A model generated the notes under the pieces. That model made no database searches. It saw only the letters and a program-made list of their open reading frames with translations, and was not told the DNA's origin. Below are positions 12,901 through 25,560 of a DNA stretch of 64,000 nt, piece by piece. The DNA is taken from assembly GCF_964355755.1 (NCBI RefSeq), contig NC_092671.1, positions 37,334,304 through 37,398,303 of the forward strand, read 5' to 3'. Made by a program: the position numbers and the translations under genes. Numbering within the stretch: position 1 is the stretch's first letter; the number at the start of each line of letters is the position of its first letter. The DNA comes from Antedon mediterranea (taxonomy: Eukaryota > Animalia > Echinodermata).

Positions 12901-15383
12901 ACACAATTTTCAAAATGTCTAGCTTTTTGCTATGCTACACTGGCGAAAATGATCCATGTGCAGGTGCAGTGAAATTATGTGGACTAGTGGACAATTCACT
13001 GTAGTGAAAAAAAAAATATATTCAGTACAAGTAAACATAAATAGATATTTTATAATAAATAATCACTTGCACTGATGAAGGGCTAGTGTTGCCCGAAAGC
13101 TCTGCTAACTTTTCTGGCTGTTTTACTTTATCGTTTTTATTTAGCTTTTTTTTTTAGATCCAGCCATTGTCATTTTTTCAGTAATTTACCTTTGGATTTA
13201 AAATAAATAAATATAAATAAAAAAATATACACAGGGTATACACAGTATATATACCAGTGGTCTAATGGTTAGGATATCAGCACATGAAGCAGGAGGTTCC
13301 AGGTTCGAATCTCAGTTGGGATGGCCTTTCCTTAACCGTTTAAAAATTAATTAGTATATCACCGGGCAGTTTAGAGTTTCTCTATGCCTGTAAAATTATA
13401 TATTTTTTACCAATTAAAATATATATCATCACTTATATGCACTGGCTGGTTGTTAAATAAAAAAGAAAACTGTGGTAGGGTGTATATGGATTTTTTGTTT
13501 CTGTATAATTAAAGAGATGTATTGTTAGGCACCTGGACTATCGAGAGTACAGTAATATAAAACTATCTACAATATTTATGTGACAAAAAATGTGATATGG
13601 GCATGATGATGTCATATCACCATATTTGGGCATATCACTACCATATTCACACTTTTTTTGTCAAACTAGTTTGATAGTGTAGATAGAGCTTAATACAATA
13701 AGGACGTACATTCTTCGTTGAAGTTCCAGGTTTTTTTCTTTACGCTCGTAATACTCTAAAATCTTCACTCGTTGATTTTGTACTAGGCGACCCTTTTCAA
13801 TCTGAAATTCTTCTTCAGCCTGTCAACAGAAATGTCAATAAATATTGATTAAAAAAAATGTTTATAACAAGTATATTTTTAGTTAATACTTTTAGATTTT
13901 ATAAACATTTTTTATGATCAAACTTATTCAACTAATTCAGTAATGTTTGAAACTTAAGGTTTCTTTGGGGGGTGTGGGTAGTCTGAATGGAATTTTCGCC
14001 CGGTATCCTTCGGTAGGATCCGGTACGCCAGGTAAGAGCCTGGTATCGCCTGGTTAAAAAATGCCAAGTACATGTTATTAAGATGCTTTAGAAATAAATT
14101 TAACTTAGATATATTTTTCTTTCCAGAAAAAAATTAAAATGATTGTTAAATTGTTCATTCGTCACAATGTGTCAACAACAACAACAGATCACTTATCAAT
14201 ATCATAGAGGGCGGAAAAAACATTTTTTTTTTTTTCCAGTTTTTATATTTAAAAATGTAGAAAACATACAATTAAATATCACAATAACATTATATATGTT
14301 AGCATGTACCTTTTATATCATTTTATATCATAAAACCCTATCAGGCGATACCGGTCCCTGCCAGGCAAAGATTAGCAGGACCCACAAGCAAAATTACTGT
14401 ACATCCTTGTAATTACTAATAATTACCTTAGTATCAATTTCATCAGCTTTCTCTACAGCTTCTTGGTTTATAAAAGCCATCATATGTTCTATCTGTGTTT
14501 AAAAAATAATTAGTAAATATTATTAAATCTGGCCCAGGGACATTTCAGGGGAGATTTTTGCCCAAGCTAGGGACGTTTACATTTATATAGGCCTAAATAC
14601 TTAAATAAGCTTGATTCAATAGATAGTAGTAGTAGGCCTATTATTAGTATTAATAAAATAGATGGTAAACTATTAGATATTACTTACTGATATTATTAAT
14701 AATAAATATGTTTATAAAAAGTCGTGTTCATCTTTTTTTTTAGACGATTCGGTACACTTACATTTATCGGCTTTGATATGCATTTATGAGCATAAAATAA
14801 GCTTTTTCCCCAAACTTTATTTTCAGAGAAACTATGGGGTAGCACTACTAAAGGATAAAGATGCAATAAAGCAAACATTTTGAAAACATTGTCGAAAATG
14901 ATCATTTTTTTAGTCACGCGAACGATGTTAAACAAGTTAGGCTCTGTGTTGGCCGCTTGGCGAATGCAAGAAATAAATAAGGTTTTTGAAGTAATTAATT
15001 GAATATAAAATTACGTTTTGTTAGTAATTTATTATATATATTATATCAACTTTGTCAATATCATTATCAATAAAATACGGATTGTTAAACACTTTTAAAA
15101 ACTTGATAAATACCAAAAAAATGTATATAAATTTGGTCTAAAGTGAGACGTATGTTTCGGCCCAAAAGTGGGCCGAATCGTCTCAGGGCCAAATCGTCCC
15201 TGAATCAATTTGGGCTCTCCATAACCGGCGGCCAAATGCACTGTGACCGCGTAGCCTCCTATACTAGGGAAGGCCCAGTAAGTAGTATCTAGCTATTGTA
15301 GGCCTAGGCCTAGCCAATTGCCTAGCTAACAAATGAATACGCTGATGCACCTGTTTTTGAACATCTTCTTCGTTAAGCGCCAT
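3945..15383 (-). CDS. ATP6V1E: V-type proton ATPase subunit E (spliced, 7 coding exons, 226 aa)
   Basis: Exons (minus): 15351-15383 [11 protein letters not shown]; 14427-14492 [22 protein letters not shown]; 13710-13819 [37 protein letters not shown]; 12519-12744 [20 protein letters not shown]...SIVE; 7441-7535 GVIDK...GAHV; 6674-6761 [23 protein letters not shown]; 3945-4007 [20 protein letters not shown]. All introns are GT-AG with consistent phases, totalling 681 nt. Strong similarity to the known ATP6V1E1 sequence. Confidence 0.97.
4066..4360 (+). repeat. Dispersed repeat with an internal tRNA-like segment (4172-4244)
   Basis: GCCCCAG...TTGGGGC acceptor stem with degenerate A/B boxes. 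A related copy lies at 13253-13400, with fragments at ~15937-15965, ~41690-41765 (-) and ~49497-49517 (-). Confidence 0.65.
4620..6425. mobile_element. Foldback-type DNA element with modular TIRs
   Basis: 4625-~5120 is inverse to ~5790-6420 (aaaaatcgatttaatcatgtgaaaagtcacac...gttggacatcgtccccatatgtgt vs acacatatggggacgatgtccaac...cacataattaaatcgattttt). The arms contain repeated ~120-bp subunits (gacagcaactttatcctgt). Confidence 0.7.
6901..7381 (+). mobile_element. Kolobok-like MITE (TTAA target site)
   Basis: TTAA|AGACCCATT ... AATGGGTCT|TTAA. A second, longer copy lies in the opposite orientation at 11474-12099. Confidence 0.75.
7925..9815. mobile_element. Non-autonomous DNA transposon with ~180-bp TIRs
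   Basis: Starts GGGTCATTCCAT and ends ATGGAATGACCC. 7925-8107 is inverse to 9641-9815. Flanked by AT on both sides. Confidence 0.8.
8629..9398 (+). mobile_element. Tc1/mariner (pogo/Tigger-like) non-autonomous element nested in the 7925-9815 element
   Basis: Repeated GTATAAGACGCACC motifs (~8652 and ~9326), right end ...ttatacaccgaaatagacgg|TA, degenerate left end. Confidence 0.55.
10830..11276. mobile_element. hAT/P-like MITE
   Basis: TIR (g)tacctgccaact ... agttggcaggta(t) with an 8-bp direct repeat ATCATGGT on both sides. Confidence 0.7.
11474..12099 (-). mobile_element. Kolobok-like MITE, second copy
   Basis: TTAA|agacccc...aatggggct|TTAA. The interior is the reverse complement of 6901-7381 plus extra sequence. 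Confidence 0.75.
13063..13200 (+). ncRNA. Hammerhead-ribozyme-like motif in a Penelope-like short repeat (copy 1)
   Basis: ttgca-CTGATGA-agggc-tagtgtt-gccc-GAAA-gc-TC-tgc: conserved core, 4-bp stem II and minimal palindromic AGCT stem III. Confidence 0.7.
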
Positions 15384-15503
15384 ATTTTATCTTGGGAATG
15401 TGGTAAATGGTATAGAATATGATTCACAGAAAACCCCGTAAATTAAATATTATTTTCTGGCTTGTTTTCAGTCTCTCCTCTTTTTTCGCCTCTCTATAAG
15501 AAA

Positions 15504-15511
15504 TCATGTGA
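15504..15511. promoter_or_regulatory. M-box/CLEAR-like element TCATGTGA upstream of the V-ATPase E start codon
   Basis: Lies ~120 bp upstream of the ATG, with CCAAT at 15588-15592. MiT/TFE factors are known to regulate V-ATPase genes through this type of motif. Confidence 0.5.
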
Positions 15512-16101
15512 TATCGATCCTCAAGAGTTTTGGTATAGAGGGGGTATTCCAGTTTCAGAGCGCACTCACTCACGGCACGTCACTCAACCAATGTGGCCAA
15601 ATCTTACATAATTATGCTTCATGGCAAAATTTTGGCCCATTTGGTTCTGGCATCGATTGTTAAAAAACTGGAATAATTTTACCTAAATATCTGGCATCCT
15701 TTTTGAAAGTCTTAATGGAAAATCAAAGCAGAATTGAACCAATACAATAGATAGGTTCTATCCATGAACCATAAACAAATAATGAGAAAAGTCCCCTAGT
15801 TGTTGTTTCAAATTATTTATTTCTTGTGATGTTAATTAATTGTAATTACCAAAAAGGAAGAAACCCTTTTTATAAACCATAACACGAACTTCATAAACCA
15901 TAACAGAGCATGCTCATGTCTTCATTTATATCACATATTTCCTCATCTTTATCGTTTAAATTAATAAAATATATACATAGGCCTATATATATATTTGGTT
16001 CAAAAAGTTATTATTCTCCATGAAAATAATCAAAAGTCTATTCTGGTCTTGAGTTAATTAAACACAGTCATTTAAACCACCTGGTTTAGATTTATATATA
16101 T

Positions 16102-16467
16102 AAAAATGACAATGCTGTGGGTATCAGTGGCTGGGATCTCAATGGAGATACAAAAAAAAAAGCGAAAAGCTAAATCAAAACGATAAAGTAAACAGCCAGA
16201 AAAGTTAGCAGAGCTTTCGGGCAAGACTAGCCCTTCATCAGTGCAAGTGTATATATATATATATATATATACTATGACGTTATCCAAATTCCTAATTCAC
16301 TTGCACTGATGAAGGGCTAGTGTTGCCCGAAAGCTCTGCTAACTTTTCTGGCTGTTTACTTTATCGTTTTGATTTAGCTTTTCGCTTTTTATTTTTGTAT
16401 CTCCATTGAGATCCAGCCACTGATACCCACAGCATTGTCATTTTTTTTTTCAGTAATTTGCCTTTGG

Positions 16468-16470
<3 letters not shown>
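16102..16470. ncRNA. Head-to-head pair of hammerhead-containing repeats (16102-16249 minus; 16272-16470 plus)
   Basis: Two near-identical copies in inverted orientation, separated and flanked by (TA)n. Both keep CTGATGA...GAAAGCTC. Confidence 0.7.

Positions 16471-16530
<60 letters not shown>
16471..16530. repeat. (TA)n microsatellite
   Basis: About 30 perfect TA units. Confidence 0.95.
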
Positions 16531-16533
<3 letters not shown>

Positions 16534-19235
16534 TATGCCTACAATGAAAGAAGGATAAAAAGAAATAAAATCAGAGAGAGAGAAACAGGTGTTTTTTCAA
16601 AAGAGATTTAAAGGAGGAGAAATTGTAAGAGTTACGAATGCTTAAAGGTAGAGAATTAAAGAAAGAAAGAGAATTAAAGAAAGAAGGAGCATTGAAACTA
16701 AAAGAAAGTTTAAAGATTTCAAGGTAAGGACGAGGGATAAGAAGATCTCCTTAGTAATTTGCCTAGTCACGTTCATACGGCCGTTGGAAGTTACTTTAGT
16801 TAAAAGCTGACAGATAGTAAGAGGAGCAGAGTGATTTAGGGCTTTGTAAGATAGCAAGCAAGCTGAAAAAGAGGTATCGTTCATGAAAGGGGAGAGTCTT
16901 AGCACTGAAAAAGTGATGAGGAGAGAGATGTGTAGTGGGAGATAGATCGAGTAGTAGACGGATAGCTTTATTCTGGATTTTTTTAAGTTTAGTGGTAGAA
17001 GAAGGTTTAGAACCCCAGACAGAGCAGCAGTAGTCAAGTCTAGAAAGGAAAAGTGAATTGTACAGAAGATGAAGAGAAGATTTGTTTGTAAATTTAGAGG
17101 TACGTTTGAGTAAGTAGATAATAGAATTGAGTTTTTCACAAAGGGAAGATATGTGAGATTTCCAGGTTAGAGTATTGTCAATTATGATTCCAAGGTGTTT
17201 GTGAGAAGTAACAGATTAAATAGGAGAATCATTAAGAGTAAAGGGTGATAGAGTTAGATTTAAGTTTTTGAGAAGAGCCAATGAGCATAGATTTAGTTTT
17301 TGAGATTTTGAGTGTTAGTCTGTTAGATTTTAGCCAGGTAGAGAGATGAATTAGAGCATTATTAAGATTCTGCTCAATAAGATTAGAAGAGGAGTTAGAA
17401 TACGGTAGTAGATGATGGTATCGTCAGCATACATGTCAACATGTAGAGTTATTAGAGACTAGAGAAGATGAAAGGTCGTTAATGTAGATGGAAAAGAGAA
17501 GAGGACCAAGAGTGGGGCATTGAGGAACTCCAGTAGAAAGAAAACCAGAGGAAGAAGGAGTTTTTTAAAAATAACTTGTTGAGAGCGATTAGAAAGATAA
17601 GATCGGAGCCAAGAGATAGTTGATAGGAGAAGGGTAGGCCTAATTTAGCAAGAAGAATATTATGGTCAATAGTGTCGAAAGCTTTTTTTGAGATCGATAA
17701 AGATAGTGCCAGTAAGTTTCTTATTATTGATGTGAAGCCAGTTATCATATGTGTTGGTGAGAGCATTAAGAGTAGAATGTTGGGGACGAAATCCAGATTG
17801 GGAGGTAGATATTAAGTTATTAGAGTCAAGGTAAGAATAAATTTGTTGGGAAATAGATTTTTCAATAATTTTGGAGCAAAGGGGAAGGATTTTCCAGGCA
17901 GAAGGAAAGCAATTAGAATTGATAGAAATATTAAAAATAAAGGTAAGATGAGGAGCAATAATAGCAGAAGCAGCTTTAAGAAATTTACCATCAATTAAAT
18001 CAGGTCCGGTAGAAGTATTGGGATTGATGGAAGTTAATTCAGTTTGGACAAAGTCTTCATTGATGCAGCTCGGAGAAAAGAGAGAGTTACAAAATGACAG
18101 ATAAGAAGACGGGTCAGGACAATTAGAGGCGTTAATAAGAGAAGAAAGCTTAACAGCATTGTTAGTGAAGAAAGAGTTGAAAGAGTCGGCAATAATTAAA
18201 TGATCAGAGATGTCTGAGCCATTAATTGAAAAAGACGGAGGGAAGGTATTAGATTTAGAAGGAAGAAGATCGTTCAGGCCATTCCAGATTTTTTTGGTAT
18301 TACCTTTGTTGTTATTTAAGAAAGACTTATAGTAAATTGCTTTAGCATCTCGACATAGTTTAGTTACAGAATTTCTAATTTTACGGTAGTTTTTAAAGTC
18401 AATATCGTTTTTGGTTTTATAAGCTTTGACTTTTAAAGCATCTCTTTGGTGAAACATATAAAAATGTCATGTCTATTATTGAGCCATTTCGGCAATGTCC
18501 TTTTAAAACGTCTAGTGACATAAGGGGCAAACTTGTCGCAAATATGTGAGAATTTGGTTGGAGGTCCAAAACGTGAGTGCAGCATCGACATTCGTTAAGT
18601 TGTAGAGATCTTGCCAATTCTGGTGTTGAAGCTCATTTTAAAAAATTGATTTCGTTGAAGTTCTTGAAAGATCTAAACGTTTTGGTGTAGTGATTCGTCT
18701 TTGGTGTTTTTGATGATAAGCAGGTGTATACATATTCGTGATCACTAAAGCCACAAGGAAAGACAGAAGTGTGATGATGAAAATACTCACAGTTCGTTAA
18801 AATAAGATCACAAGTGATCCTTGTAGGAGTTAAAATTAACTGTTTAAGACCAAAAATATCCATAATATCATTAAGATGGTTATGGTTAGTTGATCGAGTT
18901 TGAGTGTTAATGTTAAAGTCACCAATTGCAATTAAATTACTTGATTTGTCTGACTGACCAGAGATGAAGACAGGACTCTAGGTCTGTAAAAAAACTCAAC
19001 TGGAGCACTAGGTGGTCTGTAGATAGTGGTTAAGGGAATGGAACTGCCAGATGGAGGTTTGATTAATAGGCCTATAGCAACTGACTCGATGTTAGCATTT
19101 TCAGTTTGACTGATCTCTTAAAAAACAATATCTAGAAGATACATTGCCACACCACCACCGTGTCTTGTTCGGTCTCGCCTGATCAGTGTATACCCAGGTA
19201 TACTGAATTAAGTAGCATCAGAAATAAAACTGCTT
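16531..19235 (-). mobile_element. Degraded CR1/L2-group LINE ORF2 (APE endonuclease + reverse transcriptase, frameshifted)
   Basis: Minus-strand fragments: GYTLIRRDRTRHGGGVAMY, IYRPP, GDFNIN and SDH (APE); QSGFRPQHST, IFIDLKK/AFDTIDH, LGPLLF and MYADDT (RT). Multiple frameshifts. Confidence 0.92.
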
Positions 19236-19258
19236 ACCTTATTAAACATACGATTGCT

Positions 19259-22200
19259 TCTATATATAAATTTACGTAAGGGCGAAATTCGGTAAATCGC
19301 GCGCTATTTCTAAAATGTTTACTCGATGGTATATAAAGTTGGTTAGAATCTCGGTACTGATTTTAACCACCTGATGTAACCCTGTTTACTAATTAGGTTA
19401 TATGCATTATCATGCATATAACCTCTTGATTCTGTCAAAATCTTTATTAGGTTATATGCATTATCATGCATATAACCTCTTGATTCTGTCAAAATCTTTA
19501 TTTATTTATTAGGTTATATGCATGATATGCATATAACCTCTTGATTCTGTCAAAATCTTTATTTATTTATTTATTAGGTTATATGCATGATATGCATATA
19601 ACCTCTTGATTCTGTCAAAATCTTTATTTATTTATTTATTTATTTATTTATTCTTTCCTTAGCACTATTTGTCCGTGAATTATCTTGGCATCAGTTTCAT
19701 CTATCTAAGTCAATTTTTCAGAGTATATTCCTTATGGCCAGGAATCGATGTGGTTATGTTTTCACGATGCGCAATCAAAAATTACGCGGTCTACGCGCGA
19801 TTTAACGAAATCACGTTTGTAATCATATCTTCACAAACATGAATCACTTTTAAACAAAATTTGGTACTCATAAATTTCAGGTCATATTTCATCATATGGC
19901 AATACAATTACGTGCGTAGCGCATATAACGCATGCGTACGCGCGCTTAAAATGTTAAAAATTGTCAGAATTTATTTTCGATGAAATTAGAGTACGTTTCA
20001 GGCAATTTTAAGCGTTTAAAAAATTGCCATGAGTGCGCAGATTTTTGCACGCGCACTGCGCGTCAAACGTTAATGCGCACTGTTTGTGTCCGATTACTGT
20101 TGTATAACCTTTCTTTAATAATATCATCATATTTTATTCACTTTTCAACGCGAAACAGCGTTATACGAGCACGTCAAAAGTGACGGGCTACGCACGTGTA
20201 AGTTAACAAAATGGTGAAAATATGCTAAATTTTAAAATTAATATATATCGTTAGAATGCTCGGGAACACCTATTTTTTATTTAATTTTCTTGAAGTGTAT
20301 GTATCATATGTATGATTTATTATGAAATTAGAAGAACAAAAGTTGATTAAGTCATCATTAATGGCATATTAAATTTAACAAAATTAATTTCGACAATCAA
20401 ACAAATTATGACATTTTCTTAGGCCAAAATAACAAACTTATCATTAACTTTCTTCCTTCAAAAGTTCATATATTAAAGTTAAAAGTATGTAGTTTGACAG
20501 TGCATCATTTGTTTACATTTTAAAGATGTCATTATAGTAAAAAATTATAATTCATTTCGGTATGTAATAATCTATTTGCACCAAAGTGGTTACTGCATAG
20601 TAAATACACGGAGGAATTTTTCTACAACTTTTAGTCAGTTGTGTATGGCTCGATGGTCTGTGCTCGTGTCTATGGCATTCAAGGTACCGAGATCGAGTCT
20701 CACCTTGGGAAACGAAATAAGATTTTTTTTTATTATCCGTATTGTTTGTTCAAATTATTTCTTAGTGTACAGATTATACACATGATTTATAATGAAATCT
20801 AGATAAAAATTAACTTATGTCTTTATTATTATGTAACAACAAATGTGGTTTCTGACATTATACGCATATGGATCTTTGATCGGATTGTGATACCGGTTAG
20901 CAAGGTCCTATCATATATTATAAATAATTAAAGATTCTGAGAAAATCAATCAATCAATATATCTTTTAAAAATCAATTATCTTTATTTAAATCAATGCAT
21001 ATAACCTATAATTCGTCATAGTGACGAATTAAATCTAGTTTATTTATTTATTCTTTCCTTAGCACTATTTTGTCCGTGCATTATCTTGGCATCAGTTTAA
21101 TCTAGCTAAGTCAAGTTTTCAGAGTATATTCCTTATGGCCAGGAATCGATGTGGTTATATTTTCACGATGCGTAATCAAAAATTACGCGGTCTACGCGCG
21201 ATTTTACGAAATCACGTTTGTAATCATATCTTCACAAGCATGAATCACAATTAAACAAAATTTGGTACTCATAAATTTCAGGTCATATTTCATCATATGG
21301 CAATACAATTACGTGCGTAGCGCATATAACGCTTGCGTACGCGCGCTTAAAATGTTCAAAATTGTCAAAATTTATTTTCGATGAAATTAGAGTACGTTTC
21401 AGGCAATTTTAAGCGTTTAAAAAATTGCCATGAGTGCGCAAATTTTTGCACGCGCACTGCGCGTTAAACGTTAATGCGCACTCTTTTTGCCCGATTTCTG
21501 TTTTACAATCTTTCTTTAATAATATCATCATATTTGATTCAGGTTTCAACTCGGAATTGCGTTATACGAGCACGTCAAAAGTGATTGGCTACGCACGTAT
21601 AAGTTAACAAAATGGTGAAAATATGCTAAATTTTTAAATTAATATATATCGTCAGAATGCAGGGGAACACCTATTTTTTATTTCATTTTCTTGAAGTGTA
21701 TGTATCATATGTATGATTTATTATCAAATTAAGAGAACCAAAGTTGATTAAGTCATCATTAATTGCATATTAAATTTAAAAAAAATAATTTCGACAATCA
21801 AACAAATTATGACATTTTCTTAGGCCAAAATAACAAACTTAACATTAACTTTCTTCCTTCAAAAGTTCATATATTAAAGTTAAAAGTATGTAGTTTGACA
21901 GTGCATCATTTGTTTACATTTTAAAGATGTCATCATAGTAAAAAATTATAATTCATTTCGGTATGTAATAATCTATTTGCATCAAAGTGGTTACTGCATA
22001 GTAAATACACGGAGGAATCTTTCTACAAATTTTAGTCAGTTGTGTATGGCTCGGTGGTCTGTGCTCGTGTCTATGGCATTCAAGGTACCGAGATCGAGTC
22101 TCACCTTGGGAAACGAAATAAGATTTTTTTTTTATTATCCGTATTGTTTGTTCAAATTTATTTCTTAGTGTATAGATTATACACATGATTTATAATGAAA

Positions 22201-25200
22201 TCTAGATAAAAATTAACTTATGTCTTTATTATTATGTAACAACAAATGTGGTTTATGACATTATACGCATATGGATCTTTGATCGGATTGTGATACCGGC
22301 TATGGTGTTCGCGTTAGCAAGGTACTAGGTCCTATCATATATTATAAATAATTAAAGATTCTGAGAAAATCAATCAATCAATATATCTTTAAAAAATCAA
22401 TTATCTTTATTTAAATCAATGCATATAACCTATAATTCGTCATAGTGACGAATTAAATCTAGTTTATTTATTCTTTCCTTAGCACTATTTTGTCCGTGAA
22501 TTATCTTGATATCAGTTTCATCTATCTAAGTCAATTTTTCAGAGTATATTCCTTATGGCCAGGAATCGATGTGGTTATATTTTCACGATGCGTAATCAAA
22601 AATTACGCGGTCTACGCGCGATTTTACGAAATCACGTTTGTAATCATATCTTCACAAGCATGAATCACAATTAAACAAAATTTGGTACTCATAAATTTCA
22701 GGTCATATTTCATCATATGGCAATACAATTACGTGCGTAGCGCATATAACGCTTGCGTACGCGCGCTTAAAATGTTCAAAATTGTCAAAATTTATTTTCG
22801 ATGAAATTAGAGTACGTTTCATGCAATTTTAAGCGTTTAAAAAATTGCCATTAGTGCGCAGATTTTTGCACGCGCACTGCGCGTTATACGTTAATGCGCA
22901 CTCTTTTTGTCCGATTCCGGTTGTACAACCTTTCTTTAATAATATCATCATATTTTATTCACTTTTCAACGCGTAATTGCCTTATACGAGCACGTCAAAA
23001 GTGACAGGCTACGCACGTGTAAGTTAACAAAATGGTGAAAATATGCTAAATTTTAAAATTAATATAGATCGTCAGAATGCTCGGGAACACATATTTTTTA
23101 TTTCATTTTCTTGAAGTGTATGTATCTTATGTATGATTTATTATTAAACTAAGGGAACAAAAGTTGATTAAGCCATAATTAATTGCATATTAAATTTAAA
23201 AAAATTCATTTCGACAATCAAACAAATTATGACATTTTCTTAGGCCAAAATAACAAACTTAACATTAACTTTCTTCCTTCAAAAGTTCATATATTAAAGT
23301 TAAAAGTATATAGTTTGACAGTGCATCATTTTTGTACATTTTTAGAGTTGTCATCATAGTAAAAAATTATAATTCATTGCGGTATGTAATAATCTATCTG
23401 CACCAAAGTGGTTACTGCATAGTAAATACACGGAGGAATATTTCTAAAATTTTTAGTCAGTTGTGTATGGCTCGGTGGTGTGTGCTCGTGTCTATGGCAC
23501 TCAAGGTACCGAGATCGAGTCTCACCTTGGGAAACGGAATAAGATTTTTTTTTTATTATCCGTATTGTTTGTTCAAATTTATTTCTTAGTGTATAGATTA
23601 TACACATGATTTATAATGAAATCTAGATAAAAAATAACTTATGTCTTTATTATTATGTAACAGCAAATGTGGTTTATGACATTATACGCAGAGGGATCTT
23701 TGATCGGATTGTGATACCGGCTATTGTATTCGCGTTAGCAAGGTCCTATCATATATTATAAATAATTAAAGAATCTGAGAAAATCAATGAATCAAAATAT
23801 CTTTTAAAAATCAATTATCTTTATTTAAATTATCAATGCATATAACCTATAATTCGTCATAGTGACGAATTAAATCTAGTTTATTTATTCTTTCCTTAGC
23901 ACTATTTTGTCCGTGAATTATCTTGATATCAGTTTCATCTATCTAAGTCAATTTTTCAGAGTATATTCCTTATGGCCAGGAATCGATGTGGTTATATTTT
24001 CACGATGCGTAATCAAAAATTACGCGGTCTACGCGCGATTTTACGAAATCACGTTTGTAATCATATCTTCACAAGCATGAATCACAATTAAACAAAATTT
24101 GGTACTCATAAATTTCAGGTCATATTTCATCATATGGCAATACAATTACGTGCGTAGCGCATATAACGCTTGCGTACGCGCGCTTAAAATGTTCAAAATT
24201 GTCAAAATTTATTTTCGATGAAATTAGAGTACGTTTCAGGCAATTTTAAGCGTTTAAAAAATTGCCATGAGTGCGCAGATTTTTGCACGCGCACTGCGCG
24301 TTATACGTTAATGCGCACTCTTTTTGTCCGATTTCGGTTGTACAACCTTTCTTTAATAATATCATCATATTTTATTCACTTTTCAACGCGTAATTGCCTT
24401 ATACGAGCACGTCAAAAGTGACAGGCTACGCACGTGTAAGTTAACAAAATGGTGAAAATATGCTAAATTTTAAAATTAATATAGATCGTCAGAATGCTCG
24501 GGAACACATATTTTTTATTTAATTTTTTTGAAGTGTATGTATCTTATGTATGATTTATTATTAAACTAAGGGAACAAAAGTTGATTAAGCCATAATTAAT
24601 TGCATATTAAATTAAAAAAAATTCATTTCGACAATCAAACAAATTATGACATTTTCTTAGGCCAAAATAACAAACTTAACATTAACTTTCTTCCTTCAAA
24701 AGTTCATATATTAAAGTTAAAAGTATATAGTTTGACAGTGCATCATTTTTGTACATTTTTAGAGATGTCATCATAGTAAAAAATTATAATTCATTGCGGT
24801 ATGTAATAATCTATCTGCACCAAAGTGGTTACTGCATAGTAAATACCCGGAGGAATTTTTCTACAATTTTTAGTCAGTTGTGTATGGCTCGGTGGTGTGT
24901 GCTCGTGTCTATGGCACTCAAGGTACCGAGATCGAGTCTCACCTTGGGAAACGAAATAAATTTTTTTTTTATTATCCGTATTGTTTGTTCAAATTTATTT
25001 CTTAGTGTATATATTATACACATGATTTATAATGAAATCTAGATAAAAAATAACTTATGTCTTTATTATTATGTAACAGCAAATGTGGTTTATGACATTA
25101 TACGCAGAGGGATCTTTGATCGGATTGTGATACCGGCTATTGTATTCGCGTTAGCAAGGTCCTATCATATATTATATATTATTTAAAGAATCTGAGAAAA

Positions 25201-25454
25201 TCAATGAATCAAAATATCTTTTAAAAATAAATTATCTTTATTTTAATTATCAATGCATATAACCTATAATTCGTCATAGTGACGAATTAAATCTAGTTAA
25301 ATTTAGTTAGATAATTAGTTATTGACAATTAAAACGAATTTAGGTTCAACGATTTGCCCCAAATAGGGGTGTTTTCTTATCGTGGTATACACTGTCTAAT
25401 GGATGTCCTCATGAAAAAATACGAAAATGCGAGCGAAGCAAGCGTACCATCTAG
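19259..25454 (+). mobile_element. Short Helitron-like host element interrupted by the Helentron nest
   Basis: 5' TCTATATATAAA at 19259 and 3' gcgagcgaagcaagcgtaccatCTAG-T at 25430-25455. The flanks join at a TT where the nest is inserted. Confidence 0.45.
19393..25296 (+). mobile_element. Four copies of a ~1.45-kb Helentron/HINE-like element arranged as 4 heads + 4 bodies
   Basis: Four ~55-bp heads (subTIR aggttatatgcat with hairpin) separated by (TTTA)n at 19393-19650. Four ~1.4-kb bodies end at 21038, 22462, 23879 and 25296, each with atgcatataacct + hairpin taattcgtca-tag-tgacgaatta + CTAG-TT. Confidence 0.88.
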
Positions 25455-25560
25455 TTATTTCTAATTTTTGCAAGTTTAGTTTACTTTGACAGTAATTTAA
25501 AGTGCCTGTAATTTTGTTCCAACAGATTAAAAAAAATGCAGTACATCATTAAATAAGGCA

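Noticed and set aside
19393-19650. Short palindromic repeats resembling a CRISPR array
   Set aside because: The intervening sequence is identical plus (TTTA)n rather than unique spacers, the context is eukaryotic and there are no cas genes. Explained as Helentron 5' heads.
19980-25042. Recurrent short ORFs (MKLEYVSG..., MHQSGYC...)
   Set aside because: Chance frames in the repeated non-coding element. They differ in stops and frames between copies and show no Rep/helicase motifs.
19650-25296. Simple tandem duplication or rolling-circle concatemer
   Set aside because: That would give (head-body)n. It does not explain four clustered heads with mirror-ordered variants, though independent amplification of heads and bodies is not formally excluded.
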